A stretch of 64,000 bases of DNA from an uncultured virus (IMG/VR IMGVR_UViG_3300042558_001076) (IMGVR_UViG_3300042558_001076), one strand, 5' to 3'; positions 46,754 to 57,448 are shown, counted from the first letter of the stretch. Notes: generated by a model not told the origin, from the sequence alone. Made by a program: numbers and translations.

Positions 46754-48085
46754 ATGGCAACATTAACAGGAACCCAGATAAAAAATACTTATCAATCTTT
46801 ATTAAAGATAAACACTAATGGTAGCTTAGACCCTTCAACGGCTATAACTATATCCGATGGATTAGGTAATGCTACTCCATTACAGCTAGCTGGTAACAGA
46901 TTAAAAACTATAAACTCTGGAACAGAGAGAGGTATGGATTTAAACTTTGATACCTCTAATTATAGATTTGGAGATTACAATGGTTATGCAACATATACTT
47001 ATATAGATATAACTGCTGTTGGAACAGGGCCAGCAATAACATTAATGGCTTATGGAACTTCTATAGTTTTAGATGGTGTACAAGGTAATGTACTTACAAG
47101 TTTTTTGGGTAGTTATAATTTAAATGCTGGATTTCATAAAAATGTAATTACTAATTGCGACTGGTCAATATTTGCAAATCCTGTAAATTATATTTTTACA
47201 GACAATACTATTATTAATACAAATGGTAATTTAAATATAAGTAGTGCTACTTTAATTAATAACTGTTTTTTAAATAATGAAATTTTTACTATTGTTTCTT
47301 CTCCAGATTATGCTTTAGGAGAAAGAATAAGTAATTCTTTATTATTTGGTTTAAATAACGATATAGGTCCAAATAATTTAAATATATATAGTGTAAATAC
47401 ACCAACCAATGTAGTGGTTATTAATGGTAGTGACCTTGAGTATAATCAAAAAACTAGTAATGTATTTTCAGTAAATGCTTCAAGCGTTGTTACTGATGCA
47501 AATGCTTCTGGTGTTGTTATATTAGGTGGCGACTATTTTGATAGTTTAAGCAATGTATATGTAACAGCTAATCACGAATTTAGCGGAACTAATCTATATG
47601 GAGTTACAATTCAAGGTAATAAAGCATTAGTAACAAATAAATTTTCAAGAGTAGTTGCTAATTCATTTGAAAACAATTCAACAGATTTAGGTCAAGTACA
47701 AATAGAAGACATTCAATTGTTTTACCATTTTCTAGATGGTTCTTTAAATTTTCCTTTATTAAATTCTCAAGGAGAAAGTCAAGTTAAATTATTAAGTAAC
47801 TCATCTTATTTCTTTGAATTAAAAATTGTTTCCGTATCAAATGCAGTTACTTCATCTAATGGTAACTATGTAGAATATATAGGTGGTTTAATTTGCGTTG
47901 ACAGTATAGGTAATGTTACAATAGACCAAGCCGTTATTAAACAATACGGACAGCATACATCTGGCAATTATACTATTTTAAGCAATGCAGCAAACACAAT
48001 AGAATTTATTGTAGAACCTGATGCTTCAACAGGGGTTGAGTGCTGGGTAAAAGCAGATTTAAAATTAAATTGCGTAACTTCATAA
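46754..48085 (+). CDS. head/tail fibre-like structural protein
   Basis: MATLTGTQIKNTYQSLLK..ISDGLGNATPL N-terminus; Asn-rich beta repeats. Confidence 0.6.
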   Translation: MATLTGTQIKNTYQSLLKINTNGSLDPSTAITISDGLGNATPLQLAGNRLKTINSGTERGMDLNFDTSNYRFGDYNGYATYTYIDITAVGTGPAITLMAYGTSIVLDGVQGNVLTSFLGSYNLNAGFHKNVITNCDWSIFANPVNYIFTDNTIINTNGNLNISSATLINNCFLNNEIFTIVSSPDYALGERISNSLLFGLNNDIGPNNLNIYSVNTPTNVVVINGSDLEYNQKTSNVFSVNASSVVTDANASGVVILGGDYFDSLSNVYVTANHEFSGTNLYGVTIQGNKALVTNKFSRVVANSFENNSTDLGQVQIEDIQLFYHFLDGSLNFPLLNSQGESQVKLLSNSSYFFELKIVSVSNAVTSSNGNYVEYIGGLICVDSIGNVTIDQAVIKQYGQHTSGNYTILSNAANTIEFIVEPDASTGVECWVKADLKLNCVTS

Positions 48086-48117
48086 ACTTTTTTTTTAACC
48101 ATAAAACACAATACACG

Positions 48118-48264
48118 ATGAAACAAGTAGTATTAAACGAAGAACAATTAAAAGCTTTAGATGCTTTCTTACAAGAGTTACCAATGAAGTACGGTGCTCC
48201 AATCGTAAACTTCTTAAACGAGGCTATCAAGTCTCAAGAAGCTGAAGCAATCAAAGCTGAGTAA
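48118..48264 (+). CDS. small hypothetical protein
   Basis: start ATG 48118 after A/C-rich leader. Confidence 0.55.
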   Translation: MKQVVLNEEQLKALDAFLQELPMKYGAPIVNFLNEAIKSQEAEAIKAE

Positions 48265-48268
48265 TTAT

Positions 48269-48294
48269 AAAGGGGGATTAAGTTCCCCCTTTTT
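48269..48294 (+). terminator. intrinsic terminator
   Basis: AGGGGGA-N6-TCCCCCT followed by T-tract. Confidence 0.75.
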
Positions 48295-48308
48295 AAAAAT
48301 TAAAAACT

Positions 48309-48590
48309 ATGAAAAAACTAATAAACTTTATCGCAGGTTTCTTTTTAGACAAACCAGATGCTCCTTCTATGAAGCGTTTAATCGCTTTGTTCTTAGGTAT
48401 TCTTTTAGGTGTAACCCTATACCATAACAGCTTTAGTGAGCAACACGTAGCTCCTTCTGAAGCTTTAGTATATTCAGTAACTTTATTGATTGCTGCCCTA
48501 TTGGGTTTAAAAGTAGTTGAGAAAGCTATTGACGGATATTTTGGAAAGAAAAACGGAACTGATGGCGACAACGAAGAAACCAGTAACTAA
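48309..48590 (+). CDS. holin-like two-TM protein
   Basis: SMKRLIAL followed by two hydrophobic helices. Confidence 0.5.
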   Translation: MKKLINFIAGFFLDKPDAPSMKRLIALFLGILLGVTLYHNSFSEQHVAPSEALVYSVTLLIAALLGLKVVEKAIDGYFGKKNGTDGDNEETSN

Positions 48591-48864
48591 GAAGACAGCA
48601 ACTAAAAAAGTAGTTGATACTGCTTCAGGTGCTGTTAAGTTACCTGTTAGTTTCAACCAATTTAGAAAGTACCCTATTGCAGCGGTAGCTTTTCTTTGTG
48701 TATTTGGTATTATATATGTATACAAGGATATGAAGGCTGGGTCAAGCAAGGGGATAGATAACTGTATTGAAGATAACCGTAATCTTCAAAAGACAGTAGA
48801 CAAAAAAGATTCAATCATTTATAACATCATAGCTCAACAAGCCATTATCAATGCAACCAAATAA
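48562..48864 (+). CDS. membrane-anchored coiled-coil protein
   Basis: basic N-terminus, single TM, coiled coil. Confidence 0.5.
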   Translation: MATTKKPVTKKTATKKVVDTASGAVKLPVSFNQFRKYPIAAVAFLCVFGIIYVYKDMKAGSSKGIDNCIEDNRNLQKTVDKKDSIIYNIIAQQAIINATK

Positions 48865-49207
48865 AATAGGATTAGTAATTATTCTAACAATACTTGGGTT
48901 AATATTTATAATGTTAACTTCTATTGTAGCCCAGAAAGCTATTAGGCCTCACCCAGTAAAGGGTTGGCATAATATGAATATGGACTCTATGGTTATGGTA
49001 ACTGTAAAGAAGAATAGTGCTTTTATTGAAAAGCGTGTGGGCGAATTGAAACATGCAGAGAAAGCTTGTGATAGCTTTAAAGAAGTAGTAACTGAATTGA
49101 AACAAGAAAATAAAAAGCTAAATGAAAAAGTTAACGGTACTGATGATGATGCTATTGGTGAGCCATTTGAGCTTAAGCCAATCGTATCCAAAGACAAAGA
49201 TAATTAA
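48851..49207 (+). CDS. membrane-anchored coiled-coil protein
   Basis: N-terminal TM plus coiled coil. Confidence 0.5.
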   Translation: MQPNKIGLVIILTILGLIFIMLTSIVAQKAIRPHPVKGWHNMNMDSMVMVTVKKNSAFIEKRVGELKHAEKACDSFKEVVTELKQENKKLNEKVNGTDDDAIGEPFELKPIVSKDKDN

Positions 49208-49520
49208 TGGGGATACTGTAGTGCTTTTATTAAAAAGCCAAGCAGATGATATTAACACTAAATTTTACAACTACAATGAAAAAATTAATATTCAAAAAAA
49301 TCAAATCGATAGTCTTTTCTTATTTATCAAAACTTCAGAGTCTGATAAAATAGATAGCTTGAGAGAGCAATTGAGTATAGCTATTACTGCTAATAACCAA
49401 TTGTTTGGATATAACGAAGGGTTAAAAAAAGCATTTGAAGATATGAGTAATTCATTGGATAGTGCTTTAATGAGACGAGCAAGATATATAAAACGTAAAT
49501 ACATATTTGATAATTACTAA
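49122..49520 (+). CDS. secreted coiled-coil protein
   Basis: signal peptide MKKLTVLMMMLLVSHLSLS; overlaps the previous gene. Confidence 0.5.
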   Translation: MKKLTVLMMMLLVSHLSLSQSYPKTKIINGDTVVLLLKSQADDINTKFYNYNEKINIQKNQIDSLFLFIKTSESDKIDSLREQLSIAITANNQLFGYNEGLKKAFEDMSNSLDSALMRRARYIKRKYIFDNY

Positions 49521-49522
49521 TT

Positions 49523-49708
49523 ATGGCAACAGCTAAACCTAAATCAAAAGTAAACCAAGCAGGCAACTACACTAAACCTTCTATGAGAAAGTCTTTGTTT
49601 GAAAAAATTAAAGCAGGAAATAAAGGTGGTAATCCTGGTCAATGGTCTGCTCGTAAAGCACAAATGCTTGCTAAAGAATATAAAGCTAAAGGAGGAGGGT
49701 ATAAGTAA
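49523..49708 (+). CDS. small basic conserved phage protein
   Basis: YTKP.MRK..GG.PGQWSARKAQMLAKEYK..GGGY. Confidence 0.7.
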   Translation: MATAKPKSKVNQAGNYTKPSMRKSLFEKIKAGNKGGNPGQWSARKAQMLAKEYKAKGGGYK

Positions 49709-49977
49709 TGGCTATAGCAAAATCACAAAAGTCCTTAAAGGATTGGACAGAACAAAAGTGGATGACATCTGGTACTCATGCCAATAATAAAAAAGGTTCA
49801 TCTAAAGAAGTAAAGTCGGAAGGAAAGAAAAGATACTTACCAGAGAAAGCTTGGTCTTCTTTAAGTAAAGGAGAAAAGGCTGCAACTAATAAAGCAAAGG
49901 CAGAAGGTACAAAGAAAGGAAAACAGTTTGTATCCCAACCTAAATCAATTAAACAAAAAACTAAAAAATTTAGATAA
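49708..49977 (+). CDS. small basic conserved phage protein
   Basis: QKSLKDWTEQKW..RYLPEKAW..GKQFV. Confidence 0.7.
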   Translation: MAIAKSQKSLKDWTEQKWMTSGTHANNKKGSSKEVKSEGKKRYLPEKAWSSLSKGEKAATNKAKAEGTKKGKQFVSQPKSIKQKTKKFR

Positions 49978-49978
49978 G

Positions 49979-50248
49979 ATGATTAATAAAGGAAAAGAAA
50001 AGTTTGCAGGTTATAACAAACCTAAAAGAACTCCAAACCACCCAAAGAAAAGCCACGCTGTATTAGCAAAAGAAGGCACTAAGGTTAAGCTTATCCGCTT
50101 TGGACAACAAGGTGTTAGTGGTGCTGGTAAAGCTCCTAAGACTGCTTCTGAAAAAGCAAGAAGAGCATCTTTTAAAGCTCGTCATGCTAAGAATATTAAT
50201 AAAGGTAAAATGAGCGCTGCTTATTGGGCTAACAAAGTTAAATGGTAA
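49979..50248 (+). CDS. small basic conserved phage protein
   Basis: KLIRFGQQG..RRASFKARH..SAAYWA..W; start ATG 49979. Confidence 0.7.
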   Translation: MINKGKEKFAGYNKPKRTPNHPKKSHAVLAKEGTKVKLIRFGQQGVSGAGKAPKTASEKARRASFKARHAKNINKGKMSAAYWANKVKW

Positions 50249-50251
50249 AAT

Positions 50252-50467
50252 ATGACGGCTATCCACGAGTTTCAATCTACTATATGGGTTGATACTCCCC
50301 ATGGAGAAGGTATCGCAATCTTAATTATAGACTATGGAATACATCAAAACACAATATGGGTGGTGGCAAATAAGAACGATGGAAGAGTTCGCCATTACGA
50401 TTCAAATGATATTCAACTTAGTACAAACCATACATTAAATTTAAATGGCAACAAAGTTAACACCTAA
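50252..50467 (+). CDS. hypothetical protein
   Basis: intact ORF. Confidence 0.55.
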   Translation: MTAIHEFQSTIWVDTPHGEGIAILIIDYGIHQNTIWVVANKNDGRVRHYDSNDIQLSTNHTLNLNGNKVNT

Positions 50468-51275
50468 ACAAATAAAGGCACTATTAAAAAATATGCCAAA
50501 GCCAAGTCTTGGAACAATAGATATTAGTTCTACAGAAGTAGATACCCCTGTATATGAATTGGCTAAAGCCCCAGAATCTAAACCTTTAGGGAAAGGTAAA
50601 ATATCTATTGAAGATTTAAGAAAGGTTAGAGCAACTACTCAAAAAGAAATTAACCCTAATAAAGATTTAGTATCAGGTGAATTTAATAGAGATGTAGTTC
50701 AGCATGTATTAGATGCAGCTAAAAGATATAACTATGACCCATATACTGCATTGGCTGTAGCTTTACAAGAAAGCCAATTAGGTAATAAAGATTTTAATTT
50801 GGGCCATATACAAGATGTGCCTACATCAATTGAATCTAAACTTCCTAAGTTAACTGAAGCAGAAAAGAAAAAAGATTTTGATGAATATCAAAAAAAGTAT
50901 TCTGCTGATATGTTAGTTAGAGCATTGATGGAAAAGAAAGGTGTAGCTGAAAGATTAGGTTTAAATGATGAAGCTCAACAAATACAAGCATATAATGGGT
51001 TAGGTAGAATATACCCACAATCAGATGCAGGTTATCATGGATACAATATGGCTAAGATATATGGAGTTGATTTACCAGAAGAAGGGATTGATATGAAAAA
51101 AAACCCTTTGTATGGTAAACAGATTATAGACTTGAGAGAGAATGTAATTAAGAAGAACCCAGAATTAGCAGATATTGCTAAAACATATATTAATCCTAAC
51201 GCACCAGTACAACACACCAAAGAGCAATTAATGAAAATTTTTAAATCAATGAAAGGTGGCAAAACAAATAAGTAA
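50445..51275 (+). CDS. lysozyme-like / lytic transglycosylase-fold protein
   Basis: AAKRYNYDP..ALAVALQES and AYNG motifs. Confidence 0.6.
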   Translation: MATKLTPKQIKALLKNMPKPSLGTIDISSTEVDTPVYELAKAPESKPLGKGKISIEDLRKVRATTQKEINPNKDLVSGEFNRDVVQHVLDAAKRYNYDPYTALAVALQESQLGNKDFNLGHIQDVPTSIESKLPKLTEAEKKKDFDEYQKKYSADMLVRALMEKKGVAERLGLNDEAQQIQAYNGLGRIYPQSDAGYHGYNMAKIYGVDLPEEGIDMKKNPLYGKQIIDLRENVIKKNPELADIAKTYINPNAPVQHTKEQLMKIFKSMKGGKTNK

Positions 51276-51379
51276 TTCAAACAAAGTAAATTTTGGAAGA
51301 AGAAAAAAAGGAAGTCCAAAAAAAACGTATAATAAACATACACCCCGTCCTAAAACTTATAGGGGTCAAGGTAAATAAT

Positions 51380-51586
51380 ATGGAAAAGAAAAAAGAAATG
51401 AAAGTCGGATTCAAAGCCTTAGCTAAAGGCGCTGCTAAAGAGTACATGAAAAAAGGTAAATCAGCAGAGAAAGCAAAAGAGATTGGTAAAGCAATCGCAG
51501 CTAAAGTCGGAATGAAAAAGTACGGCAAAGCTGGAATGATGAAAAAAGCTATGGCTGGAAGAAAGGCAATGGCTAAGAAAAAGTAA
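51380..51586 (+). CDS. small Lys/Ala-rich basic protein
   Basis: start ATG 51380; very high Lys content. Confidence 0.6.
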   Translation: MEKKKEMKVGFKALAKGAAKEYMKKGKSAEKAKEIGKAIAAKVGMKKYGKAGMMKKAMAGRKAMAKKK

Positions 51587-51657
51587 ATTAAAATACGCAG
51601 GATACGGATAACTTCCGTATCTTTGCGTATAACAACAAATCACAAACACACACAACA

Positions 51658-52245
51658 ATGATTAAACACCCAATAGGTAACAAGGTTTTTATAACCTTGC
51701 CTAACGCATTACAAGAAAAAATCAAAACAGAAAGTGGGCTTGAGTTATTTATTGATGGCTCATATAACCATGAGGATTGGTCAACCGTAGAAGGTGTGGT
51801 CCATTCTGTTGGAAGAAGATGTAAACTTGATTTGCAGAAAGGAGAAACAGTTGTTATTCATTATTTAGTTACATCTCAGTTCTTTACAAATGGTGATGAT
51901 AGGACATATCTTAATGTAAAGTATTATGATGGGGAAGTTGTTTGGGAAGCTGATGAAGATATGATATTGGCTAGAAAAGTTGGTGACCATTGGGAAGGAG
52001 TAGGTAGATGGGTTGTATTAGAAGATATAGAAGAAAAAGCAAACCCTAAATCATCTCTTATTATTATACCTGATAGTATTAGTTCAAAGAAAAGAAAAGG
52101 TTGTGGTTTATATAATGGTGGAATATTAGAGCTACCTAAAGAAACTATATGTCATTTTAAAGAAGAATTTAGAGCGTATTATAGATTCCCAGATGGAAAG
52201 GAAAGAATGATTTTAAGTTCAGAATTAATCTATGGCTATGAGTAG
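51658..52245 (+). CDS. GroES-like co-chaperonin (tandem domains)
   Basis: PIGNKVFI..KTESGL..GVVHSVG and a second GRWVVL..SLIIIPDS repeat; TATCTTTG promoter element at 51618-51625. Confidence 0.7.
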   Translation: MIKHPIGNKVFITLPNALQEKIKTESGLELFIDGSYNHEDWSTVEGVVHSVGRRCKLDLQKGETVVIHYLVTSQFFTNGDDRTYLNVKYYDGEVVWEADEDMILARKVGDHWEGVGRWVVLEDIEEKANPKSSLIIIPDSISSKKRKGCGLYNGGILELPKETICHFKEEFRAYYRFPDGKERMILSSELIYGYE

Positions 52246-52807
52246 ATATACTAAACAGCAAATAGCTAAAATGGTTATAGACCCTAATACCCAAGATATG
52301 ATTGCTGCGTATCCTAGGTTAAATGATATATTGCCAAAACAAAGCTTTACAAAAGATATAAATAAACAAATACAATACATGGCTTGGGTTTATGACTATA
52401 ACTCCCCAGCTGTAAAAGAGTTTAGTGATATAACTAGAAGAAAAGAATGGGCTAAGCAAACAGTAGGTTTAACAGAAAAACCTAACTTTGAGTTGATGCT
52501 TAACTTTACAAGGTATGTTATCAATAGCCGTGTATGGACGCTTATTTGTTCATTAGAGGCAACATTTGAAGAATATGCTGAAAGGGTTAATAAAAGAATT
52601 GAGGACCAGGAAGGTGGCAAGGAAATAGATATATTAAAGGCAGTAGAAATTAAAAACAAACTTATTAATCAAATGGACGAAATGATTAATAAGATAGAGG
52701 CATTATATAACAAGTTATTCTCTGGGGATACCGATGCTATGGACGAGTTTGATGAGTCAAGGAAATTTACTCCAGAATACATAGCTGCTCAAATGAAGAA
52801 GAAATGA
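52232..52807 (+). CDS. putative terminase small subunit
   Basis: helical protein overlapping the large terminase start; positional inference. Confidence 0.4.
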   Translation: MAMSRYTKQQIAKMVIDPNTQDMIAAYPRLNDILPKQSFTKDINKQIQYMAWVYDYNSPAVKEFSDITRRKEWAKQTVGLTEKPNFELMLNFTRYVINSRVWTLICSLEATFEEYAERVNKRIEDQEGGKEIDILKAVEIKNKLINQMDEMINKIEALYNKLFSGDTDAMDEFDESRKFTPEYIAAQMKKK

Positions 52808-54819
52808 TAAAGAATGTAGGTGGTAAATCAGAAAACATACAAGGGTTGATATGTAACCTTCCTAAAGAAGGATATGTATACAATCCATATACTGGTGACT
52901 ACCAAGATGTAGGTGTTGAAAGGCGAGCAATTAAATATGACAATTGCTATTGGGAAATAGACAAGCGTTGGGAAAAGTTTCCAATATGGGAAAAAGAAGA
53001 AGCAGAAAAGCAAAAGCAAGACCCTAGATATATCCACCCAGATTTAAAAGAATTTAAAGAGTATTGCTGGATACGTAGAATAGGTGGCCATTGGTTTATG
53101 AATAATAATAAACCTACCTATATAACAGGCACACATTGGTTTTACCTTTCTTGTTATCACCTTGATATTGGGTTGCCTAAATATAGAAAGGTAGATAGAG
53201 ATTTCTTTTATGCATGGCAATATACCGTAGAAGATGAAAACGCATTTGGGTTATGTGAAACCACTAAACGTCGTAGTGGCAAAACCTACAGAGCAGGTGC
53301 TATTGCATTAGAACAAACAACTAGGTCAGAAAACTTTTGGACAGGTATCCAATCTAAAACAGATGACGATGCTAAGTCGGTATTTAGGAAAGCAATAGTT
53401 AACCCATTTAGAAAGTTGCCTTCTTTTTTTAAGCCAGTATCAGATATGCCTAACACAGGTAAAGTTCCTGCTACAGGGCTTAAATTCCAAAGTGGTAAGG
53501 TAGATATAGATGGCGAAGAGTTAATGTCAGGAATAGACTTTAAATCGTCAACAGAAGGTGCTTATGATGGACAGAAGCTAGGTTTCTATATAGCCGATGA
53601 AGCAGGTAAAACAACTCTTGTAGATATCAATAGAAGATGGAACGTAGTTAAGTATTGTTTAATGGACGATGAAGGGCGTATTATAGGCAAGTCTCTCCAT
53701 ACTACAACAGTAGAGGAAATGGAAGCTGGTGGCAAACCTTATCTACAGATGTGGAAAGGGTCTGACCAAAATACAAAAGAAGGAAGAAGAACCCAGTCAG
53801 GTATGTATAAGTTTTTTACTCCTGCTGATGAAACTCGTCATATAGATAAATTTGGAAACGCTAATAAAGAATTAGCGCGTATGGATATATTAGAAGAAAG
53901 AAAAGCATTACAGAATGACCCAAGAGCTTTATCTTCTGCAAAAAGAAAAGAACCATTAGATGAAAAAGAAGCGTTTCAAACAGATGCATCAACTTGCGTA
54001 TTTAATCCTATTCTTTTAAACGATAGGTTAGATATACTTAAGTGGGCTAAGAAAAAAGTAGTTACTGGTAACTTACAATGGGACGATATGAAACGTGACG
54101 GTACTGTTACATTCCATGAAAACCCAAATGGTAAATTCCAGATAATAGAGTTTCCTGACCAAGTTAACAATGTGACTAGAAAAGGGGATATTGCATTTGC
54201 TCAAAACAAACATATGTATTGTGGGGGTATTGACCCTTATGACCATGTGAATGTAAGTAAAGGTCATGAGTCAAGAATGTCTAATGGGGCTTTATGTATA
54301 ATGAAAAAGTCTAATCCATTAAGACAAACAGATGCTGATAATGCTCCTGTATTGTTATATGTTGCACGTCCTAGCCCAGAAGTATTTTATGAGGATTGTT
54401 TGATGGCTCTTCATTATTATGGTTGCCAAGCACTTATAGAGAACAACAAGCCAGGGATACTCCATTACTTTGAAAAAAGGGGTTATACAGACTTTTGTTT
54501 TAAAGTTCCAGGAAAAGATAAACCAGGTATTGCAGCTACCCTTTCAAACAATATATACATAGCTGAACTAACGGACCAATATATCAATGATAACATAGAT
54601 AATATTTGGTACGAGCAGATACTGGAGGATTGGTTAGGGTTTAGTCCAGATGACACGACTGAGTATGACGTAGCTATGGCTGTAGGGTATGCATTAATGA
54701 TGATGTATAACCCACAATTTAACCCTAAAAGAAAAGAAGTTAAAACTGAAAGGATAGAAGACTACTTTAGTTTTTATAAGTCAAAAGGTACTAACCGCCT
54801 ATTTGGGAAGTATTTATAA
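52804..54819 (+). CDS. terL: terminase large subunit
   Basis: KRRSGKT Walker A, IADEAGK Walker B, GGIDPYD nuclease motif, IENN. Confidence 0.92.
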   Translation: MIKNVGGKSENIQGLICNLPKEGYVYNPYTGDYQDVGVERRAIKYDNCYWEIDKRWEKFPIWEKEEAEKQKQDPRYIHPDLKEFKEYCWIRRIGGHWFMNNNKPTYITGTHWFYLSCYHLDIGLPKYRKVDRDFFYAWQYTVEDENAFGLCETTKRRSGKTYRAGAIALEQTTRSENFWTGIQSKTDDDAKSVFRKAIVNPFRKLPSFFKPVSDMPNTGKVPATGLKFQSGKVDIDGEELMSGIDFKSSTEGAYDGQKLGFYIADEAGKTTLVDINRRWNVVKYCLMDDEGRIIGKSLHTTTVEEMEAGGKPYLQMWKGSDQNTKEGRRTQSGMYKFFTPADETRHIDKFGNANKELARMDILEERKALQNDPRALSSAKRKEPLDEKEAFQTDASTCVFNPILLNDRLDILKWAKKKVVTGNLQWDDMKRDGTVTFHENPNGKFQIIEFPDQVNNVTRKGDIAFAQNKHMYCGGIDPYDHVNVSKGHESRMSNGALCIMKKSNPLRQTDADNAPVLLYVARPSPEVFYEDCLMALHYYGCQALIENNKPGILHYFEKRGYTDFCFKVPGKDKPGIAATLSNNIYIAELTDQYINDNIDNIWYEQILEDWLGFSPDDTTEYDVAMAVGYALMMMYNPQFNPKRKEVKTERIEDYFSFYKSKGTNRLFGKYL

Positions 54820-54829
54820 CGTATTATCT
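54818..54829 (+). promoter_or_regulatory. late promoter motif variant AACGTATTATCT
   Basis: 11/12 match upstream of portal. Confidence 0.55.
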
Positions 54830-54855
54830 AATGTAAATTAAACTTAATTGCTGAG

Positions 54856-57444
54856 ATGGCAGAAATAGTATCAAGTGTCGGTGTAAATTTTCCAGACGAA
54901 AATATTGACCCAAAAAGAAAAACCGAGAAACCTTTTTTATTACAGTATTGTAGAGCTGCATATTCGGCTTATGGGGATACTCCATTTGGTTCAATAGGTT
55001 GGAGAAGCCGAGACAAATACGAATGGGTTAAAACCTATGCGCGTGGTTCTCAAACAATCGACCGATACAAAAAGGTATTAACTCCTGACCAAGACCCTAC
55101 AAATAACACATTAGTAGTAGATTGGTCGGTACTTCCTATTATTCCTAAGTTTAGAAGAATAGCTTTAGGGTTATTAGAAAAACAAAATTGGGACGTTCAA
55201 ATAGACCCAATTGACCCATTAGCACAAACAGAATTAGAACAGCAAATTACTATGATGAAGATGAAGGCCTCTATGAGAGAACTTCAAAAAGAAGTCATGG
55301 GAGAACAAGCTGAAATACCAGCTCCTATACAACCAGGAGAAGGAGAACCAGAGGATATTGATGGTATTAAAATATATGAGATTGGGCTGCGTCATAAAAC
55401 TGCTATGGAAGCAGAACAAGCAATTGAATTAACATTTAGCCAAAATGATTATGAAAGCCAACGCAGACAAACTTTACAAGATTTGTTTGACTATGGTGTA
55501 TCTGCATATAAAGATTACAGAGATGGTGAGTTAGTAGGATTTAGAAGAGTTGACCCAAGAAGATTAATATTAAGCTATTGTACATATCCTGACTTTAGAG
55601 ATTTAAGATATGCAGGAGAAATATTAGAAGTTCCAGTAGCGCAAGTTATTCAAATGTCTAATGGTGAATTAACCAATGAAGACATTGAGATGATTTACAA
55701 ATATGCTTCTACAAACCAATGGAGACCATCTACCCCAGTAGGTAATGCTTACTATGGTAGTTATTCTGACTTTTGGAATAGAGGTAAAGTACAAGTTTTA
55801 GATTTAGAAATTATATCTGCTGATGAGTTAGTTCGTGAAGAACGAATTGACAGAAGAGGAAATACTATTTTTGGAAGAGCTTCATATGATGACTATAATA
55901 ACAAGAAAGATAAATATAAAAGAAAGCAAGTACAAGGTGTATATAGGGCTAAATGGATTGTTGGTACGGACATCATATTTGACTACGGAAAGCAATACGA
56001 TATTAAACGCGACCCAGTTAATATGGCTCGTGCTAAATCAAGTTACCACATAAATGCTTGTGACTTTTTTGATATGAAAACATTCAGCCGTATGGAAGCT
56101 ATTATTCCTTACGCTGATGCAATACAATTAGCTTACTATAGATTACAGCATGAATTAAATACATCTGTACCTAAAGGTTTTAACATTAACCTAGCAGCAT
56201 TAGAAGAAGTTAGTTTATCTGGTGGTGGACAAACAATGAAACCATCTGATATTATTGATTTGTATTTACAACGTGGGGTATTAGTAAGTCGTTCTACTAC
56301 ATTTGATGGTAGACCAAATCCTCCAGCAATACAAGAATTACAAGGTGGAACAGGTGGAGCTATAGCTGAATACTGGAATTTAATTAACCAAAACCTTGAC
56401 ATGATACGTCAAACACTTGGGTTAAATGAATTAACAGATGGCTCTACTCCTAACCCTAAGTTATTGACTACTGTTGCTCAGTTAGCAGCATCTGGTACTA
56501 ATAACGCACTTAGCGATATTATCTATTCAGACAAACAAATTACCCAGTCATTATCTGAAGCTATTATCATTAGAATACAAGATATAGTTAGAACAACTAA
56601 TGGAGATGCTATAGCTGAATCATTAGGAAGAGGAACAGTCGATTTATTAAAAGTTTCTCCAGATATTACTAAATACACATTTGGCATTTCTATTGTTGAT
56701 AAACCTACAGCAGAAGAAAAAGCTAAATTAGATGAGTTAATTAAAGTAGCATTACAACAAGGTCAATTAGACATTAGTGATGTTATTAGATTAAACAACA
56801 TACAGAATATAAAACAAGCTGAATTGTTCTTAGCTTATAAAGTTCGTAAGAACATGGAAAGAAAACAACAAGAAGCTTTACAAATGCAACAGCAAAATGG
56901 TCAGATTCAACAGCAATCTGCAATGGCTGCTGAACAAGCTAAACAACAAACTGCTCAGTTACAAGCTCAGATTGATATTCAGTTAGTACAAGCTAAAGCA
57001 GAAATGGAAGCTAAACTAATTGAATTACGTGGTCAGTTTGATTTAGAAAGAGAAAGAATTGCAGCAACTGGTAGAGTTGAGTCTTCATTTGTTCAAGCGA
57101 AAGAAAGAGATGCAGCTAATATTAGAGATAATAAAACTAAGTTATTGCAAGACGATAAGATGGAGAACATGGGAGAAATTGATGTTCCAGCAGAATTAGA
57201 ATCTAGGGTTGCACCAGAAACAGCAGGTGGACAGCCATTAGATTTAAGTGGAGCTGATATAAACTTTGCAGATGAACCAACACCAGAAGAGCAAGCTATG
57301 GCACAACCAGGCGCTCAAATGGGAATGGGAATGGAAGAAGCTATGGGTCAACAACAAGAAATGCCTATGGAAGAAGAGCAAGTTGAAGAATCTCCAACTG
57401 ATATTAGAAGAAGAATGATGGAGCAATATTTACAACAGGCTTAA
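54856..57444 (+). CDS. portal protein
   Basis: follows terL; YARGSQ..DW..PIIPKF, RRVDP and GLNELTDGSTP motifs; Gln-rich barrel C-terminus. Confidence 0.88.
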   Translation: MAEIVSSVGVNFPDENIDPKRKTEKPFLLQYCRAAYSAYGDTPFGSIGWRSRDKYEWVKTYARGSQTIDRYKKVLTPDQDPTNNTLVVDWSVLPIIPKFRRIALGLLEKQNWDVQIDPIDPLAQTELEQQITMMKMKASMRELQKEVMGEQAEIPAPIQPGEGEPEDIDGIKIYEIGLRHKTAMEAEQAIELTFSQNDYESQRRQTLQDLFDYGVSAYKDYRDGELVGFRRVDPRRLILSYCTYPDFRDLRYAGEILEVPVAQVIQMSNGELTNEDIEMIYKYASTNQWRPSTPVGNAYYGSYSDFWNRGKVQVLDLEIISADELVREERIDRRGNTIFGRASYDDYNNKKDKYKRKQVQGVYRAKWIVGTDIIFDYGKQYDIKRDPVNMARAKSSYHINACDFFDMKTFSRMEAIIPYADAIQLAYYRLQHELNTSVPKGFNINLAALEEVSLSGGGQTMKPSDIIDLYLQRGVLVSRSTTFDGRPNPPAIQELQGGTGGAIAEYWNLINQNLDMIRQTLGLNELTDGSTPNPKLLTTVAQLAASGTNNALSDIIYSDKQITQSLSEAIIIRIQDIVRTTNGDAIAESLGRGTVDLLKVSPDITKYTFGISIVDKPTAEEKAKLDELIKVALQQGQLDISDVIRLNNIQNIKQAELFLAYKVRKNMERKQQEALQMQQQNGQIQQQSAMAAEQAKQQTAQLQAQIDIQLVQAKAEMEAKLIELRGQFDLERERIAATGRVESSFVQAKERDAANIRDNKTKLLQDDKMENMGEIDVPAELESRVAPETAGGQPLDLSGADINFADEPTPEEQAMAQPGAQMGMGMEEAMGQQQEMPMEEEQVEESPTDIRRRMMEQYLQQA

Positions 57445-57448
57445 TAAT

